From: Candidatus Aminicenantes bacterium | GTDB taxonomy: Bacteria > Acidobacteriota > Aminicenantia > UBA2199 | Assembly: GCA_963822075.1 (NCBI GenBank) | Contig: CAWGGP010000001.1 | Location: forward strand, 231,844-295,843 | Length of the DNA stretch: 64,000 nt | Reading direction: 5' to 3' | Part shown: in pieces, positions 58,699-64,000 of the stretch | How the letters are laid out: each line of letters begins with the position of its first letter | Numbering within the stretch: the first letter of the stretch is position 1 | Position numbers and translations under genes: made by a program | Notes under the pieces: generated by a model | What the model saw: only the letters and a program-made list of their open reading frames with translations | What the model was told of the DNA's origin: nothing | Databases searched by the model: none

Positions 58699-58769
58699 GC
58701 TTTCTTCCCGCCGTCCCGGGACGGCGGGCGGGGTTTGCAAATTACCCGGCCGCCGGGTATGATGGTGCC

Positions 58770-59200
58770 ATGATCGAACGTCCGGCCAAGGAAGATTATT
58801 ATCTGAACATCGCCCAGGTGGTCTCGCGCCGCTCCACCTGCCTGAAGGTGCTGATCGGGGCCATCATCGTCAAGGAGGACCAGATCATCGCCACCGGCTA
58901 TGTCGGGGCGCCGCGGCATACGCGCAGCTCGCTGGACCACGGCTTCTGCCTGCGCCGCAAGCTGAACATCGCCTCGGGACCCAATACGAGCTTTGCCGCT
59001 CGGTCCACGCCGAGCAGAACGCCATCATCAATTCCGCCCGCGCCGGGGTGAGCCTGCTGGGCGGCGACATGTACATCTATCGGCGAGGACCGGAGAGCGG
59101 CAGGACCGTCTTCGCCTTTCCCTGCTTCATCTGCAAGAAAATGATCATCAACGCCGGGCTGAACCGCATCGTGGTCTCGCAGCCGGGGGCGGAGCGCTAG
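58770..59200 (+). CDS. dCMP/cytidine deaminase (ComEB-like), frameshift near 58985
   Basis: HAEQNAI zinc ligand and PCxxC in second frame. Confidence 0.75.
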
Positions 59201-59289
59201 CGGATATTCACGGTGGCCGACTGGGCCCAGGAGTGGCGGGACCAGGACATACTGGAAGACAGCGTCCGCTACGGCCGGGTGGAGTGATC

Positions 59290-59871
59290 ATGGCCGTCGG
59301 GAAATGCGGCATCGGCCTGACCGGGCGCATGGCTTCGGGCAAGGGCGAAGCCGTGCGCATCCTGTCGGTTACGGGTTCACCTACGTCTCGCTTTCCGACA
59401 TCGTCAGGCGCGAGGCGGCGCGCGACAATCCCGACGTGAGCCGCGCGCGCCAGATGCAGGACATCGGCAACCGCCTGCGCGCCGAGGACGACGCCGGCGT
59501 GCTCGGGCGAATGGTCCGCGAGCGAATCCTGGCCGCCCCGGCGACGCGCTGGGTGTCGACGGCATCCGCAATCCCGCCGAAATGCGGGAATTGAAGAAGT
59601 CGGCGATTTTTTTTTGATCGGCATCGACTGCGACATCCCCACCATCCTCGCCGGATGAAGGAAGCGGGGGCGGGCGACCGACGCGCTCGGCGAAGGAGAG
59701 CTGCGGGCCATCCTGGAGCGCGAGTGGGGCGCTGGGCGGCCCGAAGGCGGGCAGCAGGTCGGGCCCACCCTGGCCATGGCCGATTTCACGGTCGCCAACG
59801 ACGGGAGCCTGGCGGACTTGAGATCCAGCCTGGACGGCATCCTGGAAAAAATAGGAGTCAGGCATGAATAA
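59290..59871 (+). CDS. P-loop kinase, dephospho-CoA-kinase (CoaE)-like, at least 3 frameshifts
   Basis: IGLTGRMASGKG Walker A; adjacency and 8-nt overlap with coaD. Confidence 0.5.
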
Positions 59872-60349
59872 AAAAAGCATGGCGGTCTATCCCGGTTCGT
59901 ACGACCCGTTGACCAACGGCCACATCGACATCATCCAGCGCGGCTTGAAAATATTCGACAAGATCATCGTCGCCGTCCTGAAGAACCCGGCCAAAACCTA
60001 TCTCTTCGACCTGGACGAACGGTGCCGCATGCTGCGCGACGTGTTCCAGGACCCGGAAAAGATCGAGGTCGACCACTTCGAGGGGTTGCTGGTGGATTAC
60101 GTCAAGCGCCGCGGCGTCACCACCATCGTCCGCGGCCTGCGGGCGATATCCGATTTCGAGATCGAGTTCCAGATGGCCCTGATGAACCGCAAGATCGAGC
60201 CGCGCATCGAGACGATCTTCTTCGTCCCTTCCGAATCCTATTCCTTCCTCAGCTCGAAACTGGTCAAGGAAATCTACATGCTGGGCGGGGAAGTGAGCTC
60301 CATGGTGCCGGAGAGCGTCGACCGCAAGCTGAAGGAGAGATTCCGCCCG
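59864..60349 (+). CDS. coaD: Phosphopantetheine adenylyltransferase, probable frameshift near 60330 hiding the stop
   Basis: YPGSYDPLTNGHIDII nucleotidyltransferase motif. Confidence 0.85.
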
Positions 60350-61690
60350 CCGTTAGTTCAGGAAAGGCAAAAGGCTCTTCCAGCCGTTGGGGAGCGTCTT
60401 GGCGATGTCGTTCAGCACGATGAAGACCATCAGGCTGATCAGGAAAGCGAAACCGGCGTAGATCAGGATCGTTCTTCAGTTTCTGGTTCAGGTCGCGGCG
60501 GATGGCGGCTTCGATGACGAAGATCATAAGGTGGCCGCCGTCGAGGCCGGGAATGGGGAAGAGGTTGACGATCCCCAGCTGCAGCGAAATGAAGGCGATG
60601 AGCATGAAAAAATTGGAGAAGCCGCTGGCCAGCGCCTGCTGGGAGACGCGGGCGATCTCCATGGGCCCGGAGAAGCTCCGGACCGATATCTTGCGCTGGA
60701 TGATCTTTTTGAAGGCGTCGAAGGTCAGGAACATCAGCCGTCCCGCTTCCTGGATGCTGTTCTCGACGGCGGCAACCAGGCCGTAACGGGTCTTGGTGCT
60801 GGCGATGCGGACGTTGAAGCCGATGACGCCGACCCCGTTATCGACGACCGGCGTCAGCGCGGCGGACAGCGCGCGGCCGTCGCGCAGGTAGGTCAATTGC
60901 ATCGCCTTTCCCGGCGAAGCGTGGATCAGGTCGGCCAATTCGAAATAAGTGGCCACCGGTCGGCCGTTGACCGCCGTGATGCGGTCGCCGGCCCGCAGCC
61001 CCGCCTTCCAGGCCGGGTAATTCCTGACGACATTGTCGATAATGGCCGGCAATTGCCAGTAAAAACCGGCGTAACCGATCTCGTATGCGCGAACGGATCG
61101 CCACCTTGAGCTCGGTGCTCCGCGGCTGCGCCGGCGCGCAGGAAATCGATCTTCACGTTTTCCTTGGGGTTGGTGCCGATGGTGATCTCCACCTCTTTCC
61201 AATCCGGGGTTTTCCGGCCCTGGATCGCCAGCAGCGTGTCCCCGGGCAGCAAGCCGGCTTTTTCCGCGGGCGAGCCCTTGACGACGTAGCCGATGACCGG
61301 TTTTTCCAGCTTGTAGGAATCGATCTCCACGCCGCCCATGTTGATGCCGATGATCAGCACCAGGGCCAGCACCAGGTTCATCAGCGGGCCCATCACCAGG
61401 ACGAAGATCTTCTGCGCCCGGTTCTTGGCCATGAACTGGTCGGGGGACGGGTGTTCGGCGTCGACCTCTTCCTCGCCGGCCATGCGCACGTAGCCGCCGA
61501 CCGGGAACAGGCTGACGCGGAAATCGGTGTCGCCGACCTTTCTGCCGAAGAGCCTCTTGCCGAAGCCGAAGGAAAAGACCTCGACGCGGATCTTCATCAG
61601 CCGGGCGGCGATATAATGGCCCAGTTCGTGGACCAGGACGATGATGCCCAAGACGACCAGGAAGGTCAGGAACTGGTAGATGACGTTCAT
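60346..61690 (-). CDS. rseP: RIP metalloprotease RseP (M50 with PDZ), at least 2 frameshifts (about 60455 and about 61100)
   Basis: HELGH in first TM, PDZ segments, C-terminal LDGGH and TM tail in a third frame. Confidence 0.85.
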
Positions 61691-62851
61691 TTCGTTACCT
61701 CGTTTTTAATGTAGGAGATCGTTTCTGCGCGCGTGCGGGAAATGGTCTCCAGCACCGCGTCCAGGCCTGGCAGGGGGTGGTAATCCGCAAGTGTCGAGCA
61801 TGTGCGCGACCACGGAAAAGACGGCCGGGAAGGAGATCTTGCGGGCCAGGAAATGCTCGACGGCGACCTCGTTGGCCGTGTTGAACACGGCGCCGGCGTT
61901 CTGTCCCTGGCGCAGCACGTCGTAGGCCATGCGGATGGAAGGGAAACGCCCGCGGTCGACCGCGAAGAACTCGAGCCGCCCCAGGGCGGCGAGGTCGAGG
62001 CCGGGGCGGGCGGCCGGAGACGCGCTCGGGGTGGGTCAGCGAGTAAAGGATGGGCAGTTTCATGTCCGGGACCCCGAGTTGGGCCAATACCGAGGAATCG
62101 ACGAATTCCACCAGGGAATGGACCACGCTCTGGGGATGGATGACCACGTCGATCTGTTCGGGGGCGAGGGAGAAGAGGTAGCGGGCCTCGATGATCTCCA
62201 GGGCCTTGTTCATCAGGGTGGCGGAATCGATGGTGATCTTCCGGCCCATGGACCAGGTGGGGTGGGCCATGGCCTCCTCCACCGTGACGCCGGCGAGGTC
62301 CCTTTCCCGGTCCTTGAAAAAAGGCCCGCCCGAAGCGGTCAGGATGACCCGGCGCACGTGGCGCCGAGCGCCCGCGGCCAGGCACTGGAAGATGGCGCTC
62401 TGCTCGCTGTCGATGGGGACGATCTCGGCCCCGCTGGCAGCGCTTTCCCGGTTGATGAGCTCGCCGGCGGCGACCAGGGTCTCCTTGTTGGCCAGGCACA
62501 GCCTGCGCTTGAGGCGGATGGCCTGGAAGGCGGCGGCCAGGCCGTCGGTGCCGCTGATGGCCGCGACCACGCAATCGGCTTCGGGCAGGGAGACGATCTC
62601 GTAGAGCCCCTCGGGCGCCGCAGAACGTTTTCAGGCGCGGGAAACGCTCCTGCAAGCGCTGTGCGTCCTTGCGGGACTTGACGCTGACGGCTTGCGGCGC
62701 GAACTCGGCGATCTGCTTTTCCAGCTCCTGGGTGTTGCCGCCGGCCGCCAGCGCCGAGCAGGCGGAAGCGCTCGCGGTTCTCGCGCAGGACCGCCAGGGT
62801 GCTGCGCCCGATCGAGCCCGTGCTGCCAAGGACAACGATGTTTTTTACCAT
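61687..62851 (-). CDS. dxr: 1-deoxy-D-xylulose-5-phosphate reductoisomerase, at least 4 frameshifts
   Basis: [20 protein letters not shown]-terminus plus central and C-terminal Dxr segments in shifted frames. Confidence 0.8.
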
Positions 62852-62893
62852 CGGCTGGTCACGGCCCTTCCCGGCGCTGAAAAGGGCATGCGC

Positions 62894-63719
62894 TTACTTC
62901 CAAAAATAGAGGATCAGGATATACAGCAGCGGGGCGCAGAAAATATAGCTGTCGACGCGGTCCAGGACGCCGCCGTGGCCCGGCAGCAGGGTGCCGGAAT
63001 CCTTCTGGCCGGCGGCGCGCTTGAACAGCGACTCCACCGGGTCGGAAAGCTGGGAGAACAATCCGATGACCGCGCCGGTCAATACGGCGGCGAGCGTTGA
63101 CGGGGCAGCCAGGATCGTCGTGGACCGGGATCGGGAAGAGGAGAATGGAAAGCCAGCCGCTCAGGCCGGCGGTCAGGATCGCGGCGATCAGCCCTTCGAG
63201 CGATTTTTTCGGCGAGGCGACCGGATAGATCTTGTGCTTGCCGATGGCGCTGCCCACGAAATAGGCGCCGGAATCGCCGACGGCGATGACGAAGATCAGG
63301 AAGAACAGGTAGTTGGGGCCCAGCTTTTTCAGCTCCAGCAGGAAAAAAAGGGGGAAATACAGGTACATGACCGACAGGGCCAGGATGCCCCAGTCGCGGG
63401 CGAAGGAATCCAGGCGGGCCTTGTCTTGCACTGTGAACAGGAAGAACAGAGCCGTCGGCCAGCAGGCAGCCGACCAGGGCGTAGGCCAGATGCCGAACCA
63501 GGGGACGGTGAACGCCAGCGCGACCAGCAGGCCGTTGGTGAACGCCAGCGGCCAGACGTGCTTGCTGGGCCGGGTGAGCCGCAGCAGCTCCCAGGCGGCC
63601 AGGCTGACCAGCAGGAAGAGCAGGGCGGAAAAATAGGGCACGGGCAGGAAGCGGATGGCCGCGTAGGCGAAAACGATCAGCACGACGGTGGTGGGGAGGC
63701 GACGAGCCAGGTCTTTCAT
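62894..63719 (-). CDS. cdsA: Phosphatidate cytidylyltransferase, at least 2 frameshifts
   Basis: C-terminal signature SxxKRxxGxKDxGxxxPGHGGxxDRxDS found in frame 62894-63082. Confidence 0.8.
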
Positions 63720-64000
63720 AGGTTGCCGAATCTCCTTTCCCGGGCCTGGTAGGCGATGAGGGCCTGGAAAAAATCCTTGGCCCGGAAATCGGGCCACAAG
63801 GTCGGGGTGAAATACAATTCCGTGTAGGCGATCTGGTAGAGAAGAAAATTGGACAGGCGCGTTTCCCCCGACGTGCGGATCAGCAGGTCGGGATCGGGAC
63901 AGCCGGCCGTGTACAGGAAGCCGGAAAAGGTCGCTTCGTCGATCCGCTCGGCCGGGATGCCCCGGGCGACGATCTCGCGCACGGCATGCAGGATCTCCGG
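63716..64000 (-). CDS. uppS: Isoprenyl transferase (undecaprenyl-diphosphate synthase), partial, continues beyond window
   Basis: C-terminal UppS motifs [23 protein letters not shown]. Confidence 0.85.
   Translation of the reverse strand, partial: PEILHAVREIVARGIPAERIDEATFSGFLYTAGCPDPDLLIRTSGETRLSNFLLYQIAYTELYFTPTLWPDFRAKDFFQALIAYQARERRFGNL

Overview
This is a 64 kb high-GC (about 65%) bacterial chromosomal segment, mostly conserved housekeeping genes. In order it carries dnaK (5' partial), surE, a tRNA-Pro, guaB, secA, an S1-domain protein, a bactofilin plus B3/4-domain operon, psd, asnB, dprA, topA, trmFO, a xerC/D-type recombinase, a korDABC-type 2-oxoacid:ferredoxin oxidoreductase operon, tyrS, a ribD-ribE-ribBA cluster, ftsY, recA, divIVA, coaD, rseP, dxr, cdsA and uppS (3' partial). 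Ferredoxins, an OFOR operon and a 44-46.8 kb protein resembling a VWFA-related acidobacterial domain suggest an anaerobic or microaerophilic, possibly Acidobacteriota-like, organism; this is an inference, not a search result. Several features stand out. (1) A REP/RAYT locus at 15.0-15.9 kb has four copies of a ~75-nt palindromic element around an IS200-like tyrosine transposase, one copy lying in-frame inside the transposase ORF. (2) A ~3 kb low-GC island at 30.8-33.8 kb (a TPR membrane protein and a 722-aa secreted propeller-like protein) sits next to a mazEF toxin-antitoxin pair. (3) A second small low-GC insertion carrying a lipoprotein gene splits the riboflavin operon. (4) lptF and lptG appear as one fused ORF. 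(5) A vapBC pair lies beside divIVA. (6) Heptanucleotide tandem-repeat arrays lie upstream of recA and downstream of an ABC transporter gene. The assembly also has many homopolymer-associated frameshifts, at least 20 events, unevenly distributed and densest at 20-30 kb and 58.8-64 kb. I treat these as probable sequencing artefacts, so frameshifted genes are reported as CDS rather than pseudogenes. No CRISPR array, rRNA, reverse transcriptase or recognisable defence island was seen.
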